A stretch of 62,888 nucleotides of DNA from Octopus bimaculoides (lineage: Eukaryota), in contig NC_068990.1 in the NCBI RefSeq assembly GCF_001194135.2, positions 55,101,470 through 55,164,357 of the forward strand, in the 5' to 3' direction. Shown here one piece after another: positions 53,223-62,820 of the stretch; position 1 is the stretch's first letter; every line of letters begins with the position of its first letter. The position numbers and the translations under genes are program-made. A model generated the notes under the pieces. It searched no databases and was not told where the DNA came from. It saw nothing but the letters and a program-made list of their open reading frames with translations.

Positions 53223-55741
53223 NNNNNNNNNNNNNNNNNNNNNNNNNNNNNNNNNNNNNNNNNNNNNNNNNNNNNNNNNNNNNNNNNNNNNNNNNNNNNN
53301 NNNNNNNNNNNNNNNNNNNNNNNNNNNNNNNNNNNNNNNNNNNNNNNNNNNNNNNNNNNNNNNNNNNNNNNNNNNNNNNNNNNNNNNNNNNNNNNNNNNN
53401 NNNNNNNNNNNNNNNNNNNNNNNNNNNNNNNNNNNNNNNNNNNNNNNNNNNNNNNNNNNNNNNNNNNNNNNNNNNNNNNNNNNNNNNNNNNNNNNNNNNN
53501 NNNNNNNNNNNNNNNNNNNNNNNNNNNNNNNNNNNNNNNNNNNNNNNNNNNNNNNNNNNNNNNNNNNNNNNNNNNNNNNNNNNNNNNNNNNNNNNNNNNN
53601 NNNNNNATATATATATATATATATATATGCACATAAAAAACACCATTTGAGCATGGCCATTGCCAGTACCGCCTGACTGGCCCTCATGCAGGTGGCATGT
53701 AAAGCACACACTACATTACTGAATAAGGTTAAGCGATGTCATCAAAATTGCATGACTAGTTCATAAAGTCCAGAAATTAATGGCTCTGATTGAAGTTTCC
53801 GCAACAACATCAACAATTTAGCTTAATCTTGGTTTAGTGGAGACAGTGTATATTTACAAAGGGTCTGTGGATAGAACTTAGTTGCTCAGCACTACCTATG
53901 TACCCTGACTCTTCAGTTGGGGATACACAAGAGTAAATCATAAAGATGTCTGTTGCATGTTTGCTACTACTTTTCATGAGTAGGTGCATACTGAAATTTT
54001 TTGTTTTAGAGAAAACTGTGATCATTTAGTAAATTTTTGTAATATGCGTATCAGAAAATAATGATAATAAATATCATTACCTGTGTATTAATCATTTTCT
54101 ATAAGTATATAAATGAATATGCTCACCTGGAACTCACTCCACCCAGGTGGATAGCAGCGTGTGCCATTCCGCAGGGATCGGCGAAGACTGTATTCAACTT
54201 TTGATGCAATTTCAGACTGGGATTCTCGAAGAAATGTCAACAAAGAAGGCATAAGCTGTAGGCACAAGAAAGGAGGGCAATTAAGAAATTCATTTAGGTT
54301 ATCTAAACTGAGAAATATTTCATTTAATAGAGATGATTCTTAAATCGTGTCATAAAAACTTTCATTAATACTTTTTTTTTTACTTGTCTGGGAGCTTAGA
54401 ACCACAGGCACCAGCTCGTAATTTACTAACTTAAATAACATTAAATGAACCATCTGTTATTTTTCACCTTATATTTTGGCTTCTGTCCTTGCCACATAGC
54501 TCCTTAGAGTTGTGTGAATCACCTTAATATTCTTGGTATCTGACACAATTACAATGATGCTGTCAGCATATCCTGATACCAACTCTACATTCTAGTTTGT
54601 GCAGCATGCACCTCAATATTTCTAATCTCTCTAGTAGCAGCTTTCTTAAGCCAGTACATACAGAAGAGATTACAGGAGGCAATCTTGATAAACTGAGTGT
54701 ATGGTATTGAAAGGTTCCAATAGGTAGTTATTCACCTAAACCACCAAGCAGATGTCACCTTACATTGCAGTGATACAGCCCTTGAAGATGAGACTGAAAC
54801 TAGTTGCTGTGAGTTTGGTGGTCAACTCTACCAAAAGTTTTTGATTGGTCTAAGTTGATCAGGATTCCACTTATACCAGGTTCCTTATTCACCTCTCTAT
54901 GATGTATCACATGAGTTGCAGATTGCTGTGGATAGATCTACTGATGACAAATGCCAACCTCTTTGTTAATAGCTTGGCCAAAGTTGTGAAATACACATGT
55001 AGCAGAGTTATGGGCTGAAAAATATCATAGTAGTTCTACTTGTTGGTCTTTTTCTGTAGTACTGCAGCTCCTCAACTCACAGAGTAGGGGATTCTCATGT
55101 TTTGCTGTCAGTTACACTTGATATCTGTTAAGGGGTCTCCAAAAGGTCTGACACATAAACATAATGTTCATGGATAGGCCATCAGAACTTGATGATTTGT
55201 TCTTTATGCAGCTAGACATTGCTTCTCACATTTTTGTGGCTGTCATTGGTTTTTTGCCACACTCTACCTCTGTTACTAAGAGTTATGGCAAGTCACTGAG
55301 GTAGACATAAAAGTCCATTCTGCAATCCATCCTATCACTTGTCCTGATCAGATGAGCAAACTGCTGCAGGAAAACTGCACATACTTACTTGGAAATGAGT
55401 AGTACATGCTTCTCATTGTTTGCTAAAGATAAAATTATGTCTTTTTAGTTACATTCTACCTTTACCACTCACTGTCTCTTTCACTCTCTCTCTTTCTCGC
55501 TTACGTTCTCTCCAAAACATTTAAAAACACAAAACGAACGCCATCACCACTCACTGTCTCATTCATTCTCTCTCTCTTTCTCTCTCACTCTCTCACTTTC
55601 TCTCTCACTCTCCCTTTCTCTTTCACTTTCTCTCACTTCTTCTCTGTCCTCCTCTCTCTCACTTTGCTACTTCTTTGAAGTAAGTGCGACGCACACAACA
55701 GGTACGTACAAAAACAAAAAGTTAGCGTATTAATATTATTG

Positions 55742-55774
<33 letters not shown>

Positions 55775-57558
55775 CAATTGTCTGTTGTGGCATGGTTTCT
55801 ATGGTTAGATGCCCTTCCTAATATCAACTACTTAACAGAATGTGCTTTTTACATGCCACGGGCACGGGTGTGTTTATGCAGCACTGACACGGGTGCTTTT
55901 TACATGTCACCAGCACCTGAAAGTACAAGCCTGCATGAGTGGAAAACAGTGATTTTACTTAGCTTGATGCATCATATCTAGTACAGCAAATCACCACATC
56001 TTCCAGTCCTTTGTCATTTCCTCAGTGAGGCCCTGGGCCGTGTGTCCAAAGATCCTTTCTCACCACTTCATTCCATGTCTTCTTGGGTCTACACCTTCCG
56101 TAGATGCCCTCCAAAATTAGAGTTCAGCACATCTTTACACAGCTGTCCTCATCCATATGCATCACATGACCAAATCAGCATTGTCCTCTCTGTTGCACAC
56201 AACATTTGCTGCCTCTTATACCTAGTTTTCCTCTTAAATCATTTACACTCTGTCATGCATGCACACTGACATTACCCATCCAGCAGACCATGCTAGATTA
56301 ATTTCTTTCAACATGTGTGTGTGTGTGCACGCGCATGCGTGTGTGTTTGTCTATGTGTTTGTCTCCTACCACCACCACCACCTTATTGGGCACAGCGTAC
56401 ATCTTAAGGAAAGTATTATTTGTTTGAGGTCCTTGTTGTGACTTGACAGATGACTAAAGATTCCAGTGCATTTTTATCTACACTGTGTTATGAAGGAATA
56501 ATAATAATAATAATGTTGACATCGTAAGAATTTTATAAGCTTTCAAGAGAATGTGAAATAATTCTCTTTAGAACAATAGATCTTAAAGCAGATAAAGCTA
56601 TAAATAATAGTGAGTCTTATTATGCAAAAGGGTTTTTTATCTCAATATTTTCATGCTTTTTTTTATAGTTTTGTGTGCTTCGAGATCTATTGCTCCAAAA
56701 ACTAATAATTATAATAAATATCCTTTCTCCTATAGACACAAGATTTGAAATTTTGTGGGAGGAAGTTAGTCAATTTTTATCAACCCCACTGCTCAACTGG
56801 TACTTATTCTATTGACTCTGAAAGGATGAAAAGGCAAAGTCAACTTTGGTAGAGACTCAACTCAGAATGTAATGACAGAGGTGCTTCTAAGCACTTTGTC
56901 TGATGTGAGGCTGAATCTCCCCGAGAACTATGTTAATGTTATGCATGTCTGTGGAATACTCAGCCATTTGTGAGTTAATTTTATCCTCGGGTGGTAATGA
57001 AAAGTGAAACTGACATCCAATATTTGCTGTGTCTATGTATCTATTGCTGTCCTAATAATTACATTAGTAAGGATGTTGGTTTCTCATTTAGGCACAAGGC
57101 CAGCAAATTTGAGGAGAGAGAATTGGTTAATACTACTGATCTCAAAACTTGACTAATACTTTATTTTAACAACTTTGGTGAGACAAAAGCCAAGTTGACC
57201 TTAGTGAGATTTGAACTAAGAATATAAAGAGCTGAAAGAAATAATGTGTAGCATTTTTCTTGATGCTCTAACGATTCTGCCAGATCAAATTAACAGCAGC
57301 TGCAATAAATATATAAATATATAAAACTAAAAATTAAAAAACAGAAAAGAGATGCTGAAAGAGATGAATTTAGTTTTGATATAAACTTTAAGAGGTATTG
57401 TTAGCAAAAGGAAACCATAAAGAACTCAAGGTCTACATACTGTTTCGGTTGGGTGGAAGATACCAACAATGAGGAAGAGTAGCAGCCATCCACGAGATAA
57501 ACTGTTCTGTGATGAATTTTGGGTCATTTGTTTCAGAATTTGACAGTATATTTCATCC
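11841..57558 (-). CDS. MYO7A: Myosin-VII-like unconventional myosin, 3' part (tail: MyTH4-FERM-SH3-MyTH4-FERM); 22 coding exons, 5' end outside window
   Basis: Hand-spliced exons give one open frame with myosin VII tail motifs in the expected order: [54 protein letters not shown]3, [48 protein letters not shown]. The symbol denotes closest family resemblance; orthology versus paralogy is unresolved. Confidence 0.93.
12280..12525 (+). mobile_element. R4/Dong-like (RLE) non-LTR retrotransposon 3' fragment
   Basis: [37 protein letters not shown]. Confidence 0.65.
15213..15338 (-). CDS. MYO7A: myosin-VII-like exon (FERM2 F3), phase 0 to 0
   Basis: ttccAG|CAA...AAA|GTAAGT; [42 protein letters not shown]. 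Confidence 0.88.
15977..16324. mobile_element. hAT-family MITE, complete
   Basis: TIRs CAGTGATTCTCAAC / GGTTGAAAACCCCTG and a perfect 8-bp TSD AACTAATG at 15969-15976 and 16325-16332. Confidence 0.9.
17538..17612 (-). CDS. MYO7A: myosin-VII-like exon (FERM2 F3), phase 0 to 0
   Basis: tcatAG|ATG...AAG|GTAATT; [25 protein letters not shown]. Confidence 0.88.
18008..18124 (-). CDS. MYO7A: myosin-VII-like exon (FERM2 F2/F3), phase 0 to 0
   Basis: gtacAG|GAA...CAG|GTAAGA; [39 protein letters not shown]. Confidence 0.93.
19247..19304 (-). CDS. MYO7A: myosin-VII-like exon (FERM2 F2), phase 2 to 0
   Basis: tttaAG|G GAA...AGG|GTAATA; [19 protein letters not shown]. Confidence 0.87.
19368..19545 (+). 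mobile_element. Helitron/Helentron-associated non-autonomous repeat (tentative)
   Basis: aaagtttcatccaaatccatccagcagttcttgagatatc...caaacaaacaaac...gaaaacaatac followed by a degenerate terminal hairpin (ttaccttcg..aaggcagagataa). Family assignment is by pattern recall only. Confidence 0.45.
20395..20790. repeat. degenerate ~20-bp minisatellite (cagtacagaaaacatcacca-like)
   Basis: Roughly 18-20 diverged copies read directly. Confidence 0.8.
20861..20979 (-). CDS. MYO7A: myosin-VII-like exon (FERM2 F2), phase 0 to 2
   Basis: taatAG|GAC...AG|GTAACT; [39 protein letters not shown](R). Confidence 0.92.
21840..22265 (+). mobile_element. mariner transposase C-terminal fragment
   Basis: [13 protein letters not shown]...[21 protein letters not shown]...[22 protein letters not shown]. 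Confidence 0.88.
23610..23698 (-). CDS. MYO7A: myosin-VII-like exon (FERM2 F1/F2), phase 1 to 0
   Basis: tttcAG|CA TAT...CAG|GTGAGG; [29 protein letters not shown]. Confidence 0.92.
25225..25390 (-). mobile_element. SINE (GAT-tail family), near-identical to 6180-6330
   Basis: Same sequence through ...cctaacgccaaccactc, then an abrupt junction. Confidence 0.8.
25391..25495 (-). mobile_element. mariner transposase C-terminal fragment
   Basis: [22 protein letters not shown]; bounded by an assembly gap. Confidence 0.65.
26206..26966 (+). mobile_element. RTE-clade LINE 3' end with C2H2-like zinc fingers (gap inside)
   Basis: [20 protein letters not shown]...[20 protein letters not shown]; [21 protein letters not shown]; [18 protein letters not shown]; microsatellite tail. 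Confidence 0.82.
27184..27276 (-). CDS. MYO7A: myosin-VII-like exon (FERM2 F1), phase 1 to 1
   Basis: tccccAG|TT ATA...AAA T|GTAAGT; [31 protein letters not shown]. Confidence 0.87.
27430..27590. repeat. compound (CA)n/(CACATG) microsatellite
   Basis: Direct reading. Confidence 0.9.
28001..30355 (+). mobile_element. hAT (Charlie/Buster-like) transposon: near-full transposase pseudo-ORF (28001-29801) plus right TIR
   Basis: RPQCVLC...KPSKLK*HLETKH; QLDESTD; CTDG; HCTIHRQ; RWLSKG; [10 protein letters not shown]; KSKQRNRL. It has one frameshift (~28185) and TGA stops at ~28148 and 29091. The right TIR GGTTGAGAACCACTG ends at 30355; no left TIR was found. Confidence 0.92.
30933..31047 (-). CDS. 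MYO7A: myosin-VII-like exon (FERM2 F1), phase 0 to 1
   Basis: ttacAG|AAA...AGA G|GTAAAT; [38 protein letters not shown]. Confidence 0.9.
31216..31435. mobile_element. piggyBac-type MITE (TTAA TSD)
   Basis: TTAA|ctctttaacatt...aatgctagagag|TTAA. Related copies at about 21655-21790, 23158-23430 and 59940-60040. Confidence 0.65.
33204..33312 (-). CDS. MYO7A: myosin-VII-like exon (MyTH4-2/FERM2 junction), phase 2 to 0
   Basis: aaacAG|A AGT...AAG|GTACAG; [36 protein letters not shown]. Confidence 0.9.
33957..34849. other. assembly gap (largest of 8)
   Basis: N runs at 2063-2480, 19115-19199, 25496-25617, 26454-26641, 33957-34849, 48765-49511, 53223-53606 and 58037-58189. The continuous myosin frame implies no constitutive coding exon is hidden in the gaps between 11841 and 57558. 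Confidence 0.98.
35759..35911 (-). CDS. MYO7A: myosin-VII-like exon (MyTH4-2), phase 2 to 2
   Basis: aaacAG|A ACA...CT|GTAAGT; [50 protein letters not shown](L). Confidence 0.92.
37794..37855 (-). CDS. MYO7A: myosin-VII-like exon (MyTH4-2), phase 0 to 2
   Basis: ttacAG|AAA...GT|GTAAGT; [20 protein letters not shown](V). Confidence 0.92.
39317..39446. repeat. local direct duplication, copy 1 (copy 2 at 40957-41093)
   Basis: Both read gatttctgcagttaaa(g/a)ggttagtagag...tgtcttttgctttcattca...agtgaaaatatttcatctgattac...aagagt. Confidence 0.88.
39725..39890 (+). mobile_element. tRNA-head-like SINE with (TG)n tail (representative copy)
   Basis: ggctgtgtggttaagaagtttgcttcccaaccacatgg...ggcaccttgggcaa...gatttggtagatggaaactgaaagaa. 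Copies at about 12810-12965(-), 22750-22890(-), 33768-33900, 41515-41650(-), 42905-43040, 46915-47050(-) and 50428-50590. Confidence 0.7.
40687..40781 (-). CDS. MYO7A: myosin-VII-like exon (MyTH4-2), phase 1 to 0
   Basis: ttgcAG|CA ATC...AAT|GTAAGT; [32 protein letters not shown]. Confidence 0.9.
40957..41093. repeat. local direct duplication, copy 2
   Basis: See 39317-39446. Confidence 0.88.
41290..41480 (+). mobile_element. third SINE family (representative copy)
   Basis: cttgtttcagtcatttgactgtggccatgctggagca...gacccc...agtacttattctatc. Plus copies at ~31985, ~46695 and ~51120; reverse copies at ~5390, ~34900, ~36650, ~40500, ~43085 and ~49545. Confidence 0.7.
41754..41917 (-). CDS. MYO7A: myosin-VII-like exon (MyTH4-2 start), phase 2 to 1
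   Basis: tttcAG|A CCA...CAA G|GTGAGT; [54 protein letters not shown]. Confidence 0.9.
43524..43624 (-). CDS. MYO7A: myosin-VII-like exon (SH3-MyTH4 linker), phase 0 to 2
   Basis: cttcAG|AAT...CA|GTAAGT; [33 protein letters not shown](Q). It fills the phase gap between its neighbours and resembles the YTLEEF motif. Confidence 0.82.
45360..45868. repeat. tandem duplication of a ~170-bp segment (45360-45526 and 45691-45868)
   Basis: Both copies read atgacagac...tcatctgctatgatctatg...gcaccaagtg...atatgaga.gatctctcaag.ctaat...ggatataaa...ctaataat. Confidence 0.85.
46196..46386 (-). CDS. MYO7A: myosin-VII-like exon (SH3 domain), phase 1 to 0
   Basis: cttcAG|AG AAA...TTG|GTAAGC; [64 protein letters not shown]. 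Confidence 0.88.
47168..47319 (-). CDS. MYO7A: myosin-VII-like exon (FERM1 end to SH3 start), phase 2 to 1
   Basis: tacacAG|T GCC...CCT G|GTAAGA; [50 protein letters not shown]. Confidence 0.87.
49885..50291 (-). CDS. MYO7A: myosin-VII-like exon (FERM1 F2/F3), phase 0 to 2
   Basis: tttcAG|GAT...GG|GTAAGG; [18 protein letters not shown]...LLPKSY...[21 protein letters not shown]...[12 protein letters not shown]...[10 protein letters not shown]. Confidence 0.9.
51439..51663 (-). CDS. MYO7A: myosin-VII-like exon (FERM1 F1/F2), phase 0 to 0
   Basis: ttacAG|ATT...GAG|GTAGGT; [23 protein letters not shown]...[14 protein letters not shown]...[21 protein letters not shown] second donor 4 nt further on (GTAAGA) would break frame with the next exon. 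Confidence 0.92.
52852..53025 (-). CDS. MYO7A: myosin-VII-like exon (FERM1 F1 lobe), phase 0 to 0
   Basis: ttcAG|GCC...AAG|GTGAAA; [58 protein letters not shown]. Confidence 0.93.
54127..54255 (-). CDS. MYO7A: myosin-VII-like exon (MyTH4-1 end), phase 0 to 0
   Basis: ctacAG|CTT...CAG|GTGAGC; [43 protein letters not shown]. Confidence 0.92.
54455..55110 (-). mobile_element. Tx1/L1-clade LINE RT fossil
   Basis: Degenerate [39 protein letters not shown]...SVYQDC..SLLYVLA and [10 protein letters not shown]...EAKI. Confidence 0.7.
55895..56311 (-). mobile_element. RTE 3'-end-derived segment, copy 1 of a ~420-bp direct duplication
   Basis: Highly similar to 58347-58767 and shares the same 5' junction (g(a/g)ttaatttctttcaa). 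It encodes degenerate [11 protein letters not shown]. Confidence 0.8.
57441..57558 (-). CDS. MYO7A: myosin-VII-like exon (MyTH4-1), phase 2 to 0
   Basis: ttaaacAG|G GAT GAA...GAA ACA|GTATGT; (R)[39 protein letters not shown]. Confidence 0.93.
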
Positions 57559-57724
57559 CTGTTTAAGAAAATAAAATGGTGACAGTATTCAGAATTGATG
57601 CAATATTTTACTTTGAAATGTTACTGGCATATTTAATATATATTTACACTAGGTGCAGGTAGGGTTCAGTCCCACTGTGTAGCACCATGGGCAAGTGTCT
57701 TCTACTTCAGTCCTGGGCCAAGAA

Positions 57725-57764
<40 letters not shown>

Positions 57765-57822
57765 AAATATTAATAACTCTATTTCTGAAAACCAGTGGAT
57801 AGATTCCACTGAAATTAGATAA

Positions 57823-57969
57823 ATAACCTTCGAGCAGATAGTCAGCAGCGCCGCCTGGCTAAGGCTTGGCTACTCTGCATTGACAAGGGGCAACACTCTG
57901 AAACTAGTCTAGTCTGCAGATGCCAAACCAGCAGGGGGACACTGCTGACCTCCCCTGTTCGAAGGTTAT
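57823..57969. mobile_element. fold-back / MITE-like element with long imperfect TIRs
   Basis: ataaccttcgagcag..gtcagcagcg..cttggc ... gccaaacc..cactgctgac..ctgttcgaaggttat. Confidence 0.65.
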
Positions 57970-58194
57970 AAAGGACACAGGTTTCGTGTGTCACATAGCT
58001 AGCTAGAGGCGATGGCTTCTTGGAGCTAATTCACGGNNNNNNNNNNNNNNNNNNNNNNNNNNNNNNNNNNNNNNNNNNNNNNNNNNNNNNNNNNNNNNNN
58101 NNNNNNNNNNNNNNNNNNNNNNNNNNNNNNNNNNNNNNNNNNNNNNNNNNNNNNNNNNNNNNNNNNNNNNNNNNNNNNNNNNNNNNNNNATATA

Positions 58195-58226
<32 letters not shown>

Positions 58227-58346
58227 CATCATCATCATTGCTTAATGTCTGCTTTCCATGCTGGTATGGGTTGGATGGTATGACATGGAGCTGGCAAGCA
58301 GGGAGCTGTCCAAACTCCACTTGTCTCTTGTGGCATGGTTTCTATG

Positions 58347-58767
58347 TGCTTTTTACATGCCACCAGCACCTGAAAGGACAAGCCTGCATGAGAGAAAAAC
58401 AATGATTTTACTTAGCTTGATGCATCATAACTAGTACAGCAAATCGCCACATCTTCCAGTCCTTTGTCTTTTCTTCAGTGAGGCCATGGGCCTTGTGTCC
58501 AAAGATCCTTTCTCCCCACTTCGTTCCATGTCTTCCTGGGTCTACACCTTCCATAGATGCCCTCCAAAATTAGAGTTCAGCATATCTTTACACAGCTGTC
58601 CTCATCCATATGTATCACATGACCAAATCAGCATAGTCCTCTCTCTCTTGCACACAACATTTGCTGCCTCTTATACACAGTTTTCCTCTTAAATCATTTA
58701 CACTCTGTCATGCATGCACACTGACATTACCCATCCAGCAGACCATGCTAGGTTAATTTCTTTCAAT
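58347..58767 (-). mobile_element. RTE 3'-end-derived segment, copy 2
   Basis: See 55895-56311; GRPRKTWNEV motif. Confidence 0.8.
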
Positions 58768-58859
58768 CTGATTTGGCAAGGTTTCTACAACTGGATGCTC
58801 TTCCTAACACCAACAACTCCAAGAATGTAGTGGGTGCTTTTCATGTGCCACCGGCAAAT

Positions 58860-59945
58860 AAAAAGCCATTGACATAACGCTGTCAACAGCATGACTACTA
58901 TCTCACTTGGCTTGATCAGTTTTCTCAAACATGCTATATCACCAAAGGTCTCAGCCACTTGTCATTGCCTCTGTGAGACCCAACATTTCAAAATCATGCT
59001 TCACCACCTCGTCCCATGTCTTCCTGGGTCTACTTCTTCCACAGGTTCCCTCCACCATGGGTGTGCGACACTTCTTCACACAGCTGTCCTCATCCATATG
59101 CATCACATGAACATACCAGTGCAGTCATCTCTCTTGCATCCACATTTGATGCCTTTTATGCCCAACTTTTCTCTCAGGATGCTTACACTCAGTTGTGCAT
59201 GCACACTGACATTAGACATCCAGCAAAGCATACTAGCTTCATTTCTTACAAGCCTCTGCATGTCCTCAGCAGTCACAGCCTATGTTTCACTGCCATGTAG
59301 CATGGCTGTTACACACAGGCATCATACAGTCTGCCTTTCACTCTGAGGGAGAGGCCTTTGTTACCAGCAAAGGTAGGAGCTCTCTGAACTTTGCCCACCC
59401 TATTTTTATTCTAGTAGTAATGCTCTCAGAGTATCTACCCCTGCTACTGATTTGGTCACCTAGGTAACCTAGTTTTCCTCACTGATATGTGACGGAATCT
59501 ATTTTTTGTACATTTTTAGTATTAATTGTACCTGTGCACCTTCCACACACCTTCCTCTAATATTGCTGTACCTTTTATGGGTACATCTTAGTTTCTACTT
59601 ATGCCTTTTCTACAGATTAATCTGGCCCATCTACTTGAAGGGATTTGTGATTTGTCTACTTTCCTACTTACTAACATTTTGGTTTTTGCTAGGTTAACTC
59701 TAAGACCCTTTCATTCTAGACCTTGCTTCCTCACCTGAAACTTCTTCTCTAGTTCTGGTAGGGATTCAGCTATAAGGGCAAGGTCATCAGCATAGAGAAG
59801 ATCCACAGAGCAGCTTGTCTTAAATTCCTCTGTTATTGCCTGGAAGACTATGATGAACAAAAGGGGGCTGAGGACTGATCCTTGGTGAACCCCTACTTTT
59901 ATCCACAATTCTTCGCTATATTCATTGCCAACACTCACCTTACAA
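58860..59945 (-). mobile_element. RTE-clade LINE RT and C-terminal fragments
   Basis: KVGVHQGSVLSPLLFIIV...LLYADDLALIAES; WAKFRELLPLL; GRSRPRKTWDEVVKHD. Confidence 0.88.
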
Positions 59946-60570
59946 ACAATCACATTGAAATTTTGAAGTTATGAGATAACGCATGAGTAATTCAAAATAA
60001 TGTGAATAAATAAGCATTATATTTGACAAAGAAATTTGAATGAGTATTCAAATGACTTTTGTCACATTAATGGTCAACAGCTGACCTATGATAAATATGA
60101 GACACTTTTAGTGTGATTGTTATTTTTCATTTTTATCAATCTTGCATGCTTAAATAGTTTAGGACCAATATAGCATAACTATATTACCATAAAATCAAGA
60201 ACAGCTATAAGAAATTTATGATACTGCCAAAATTAACACCTAAATGAATATGGTTCAACCAGTCAGATTACCTGGTGTGTAAGTAAATAAAGAATAAACT
60301 TGAAAGTAAGTTTTGTGAATTTTCCTGCCAAATAGTTCTACCAAAGGTTCTAGAAGCTGACTAAAAGTTATAAAAAGCTGGAATATTGAACTTCCAAACA
60401 GAATAACCATGAGTGCTACACTAAATTGCTACTTTACTAAATTATATCAACATAAGTGCAATTTACTCCATTGAAAATCTATCACTACACAGCTTCAGTT
60501 AAAAATGTGTATTCTTTCAGAAAGTTATGAAAGTCAAAACAGGTGGTGGGGCACCAAACTGGAATTATAC

Positions 60571-60602
<32 letters not shown>

Positions 60603-62090
60603 GTAAGTGATGACAAGTGATTGAAACTTCTGGCAAACTGCTGTGCTTGAGAAGACATGTCAAGCTAAGTGAAATCATGGTCGTGGCCAGTGTTGGTGAC
60701 ACATGAAAGGCATCATAGATTTAGATATTTTAAATTTAATTTAGAGCATCAGAAAAGTCACACAAATACTTGAGTATCTTGAAAAATGTATCTTTCACAA
60801 TTTGCTTTTAAACAGATATGTTTGATAAAAGAAGGCATTTATTTTCTTAATTCTAAACTTTATAATGTATTTTTTTCTTTTCACTTCCCATGCATGGTGC
60901 AAGGTGCAAGGTGGTGAGCTAGCAGAATTGTTAGTACATCAAGCAAAATGCTAAGTGGCATTTCTTCCAGCTCTCTGCATTCTGAGTTCAAATCATAATG
61001 AGGTAAACTGCTTTTCACCCCTTTGTGGGGTGATAAAATAAAGTACCAGTCAAATACTGAGACCAATGTAATCAGCTTGTCCTCTCCCTCAAATATTACT
61101 GGACTTGCACCATGCAATGGACTACTGTCCTGTTCATGGGAAATGAGATGATCTCAATCACTGGGTAACCAATCTTATGAGTCTTGAGGCTCAAGAACAA
61201 AAATGCCTAATACACCAATAATTTATTCTTCAAAGTGTCACAAAGTGACACTCCCTAAGATGTACCCAGTGTAAGCTATAGATACATGAGAGGTGTAGCA
61301 ATATTAGAAGCCTTTAAAATAAGACCTTTTTATACTTATAGACTGCAAAAATTCCTTCAGAGAGAGATTAATTGAAAGGATAGGCAGAAGAAAAGAGAAA
61401 TAAAGATTGTTATACAGTTATAAAGGGAAATTTTGTATGTGGTTTGATTCTTTAGAAAGTATGTGCACCCAGTATGCTCACTAAGACTGGGAACAAGTAT
61501 AAATTTCAATATTAATTCAGTGATATTGGCAAAATATGAAAATACCATTTTGAAATAGGTTAAGAATTGTGATAGCCTGCCATTCAAGTGACCCGCTTGA
61601 GACATTCAAGTTATTCAAAAAGATAGAATCTAGTACATATCTGTGCACAAAGAAAAGAGCGCACACATGTGCGTGCACATGCATACACACACACGCATGC
61701 ACTCACACACAAACATAAAACAAACACACACACATACATATATATATAAGTTTATATACACACAAACACACATATATATGTATGTGTGTTTATGTGTATA
61801 TATATATATGTTTGTGTGTGTGTGTAGATATATATTTATAAGTTTGTGCATATATATGTGTACATACATACATATATATATATGTGTATGTATGTATGTA
61901 TGTATGTATATATATTTATACCTGAGTACGCACATAAATGTGAAACAAAGTGGATAAAATAGTACTTGAATACTGGAGATATATATATATGTTTATACAT
62001 GTATGTATATACATGTATGCCAGGATGAAAAGCAGACATTAAATGATGTTGATGATGATATGTATATATATATGTGTGTTCATGTGTGCA

Positions 62091-62121
<31 letters not shown>

Positions 62122-62667
62122 TCTAGGCCTTGTTTAGGCAAGACAGTATCATTGAAGTTTTTCAGTTTATTGCTAATGATTCACACCAGATCAACTGGCG
62201 TCAGGCATTCATTGACAGTCTTTTCTGACAAACAATAACATTTTGACAATCAGGTTATGTTGCTTTGAATTTGTGTAATAACTGCATATTTGTAGCCAGA
62301 GGTATGTGCATTCATGCACATACATATATTCATACATACATACTGACATGCATACATATATACATCATACATATGAATGTATACATACATATATTCATAC
62401 ATACACACACATAAATACATATGTGTGCAATGTATATAATCTTACACACATGTACACATTCACACATATAAAAAATATGTAGGGTATTCCAGAATCTTAA
62501 CCTGTAACTGGTGTATGCACACACGTATAGATATACAAACATTGTATGTATATATACTTATGCCAAAACAAGGTCCACACATGCATCACAGTGTAAATAT
62601 ATACATGTGTAAATATATTCATCCATCCATAATCACACACACACACGTGCATACATACATGCATATA

Positions 62668-62699
<32 letters not shown>

Positions 62700-62820
62700 A
62701 TTAGGGATAAAAATCCAAAATTACAGGTAAAAACTCAATTAAAATCAATTTATTAAAAATTAAAATTAAATTAAGTTTCACAGTATTAAATATATATAAA
62801 TATATAATTTTAGGGAAAAG

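Noticed and set aside
60271-61630. Candidate upstream myosin exons (open frames ending at 60271; DSIFLNN...ITILNLFQN at ~61547-61629)
   Set aside because: Weak acceptors, wrong or uncertain phase and no convincing MyTH4 match. The next exon is left unassigned.
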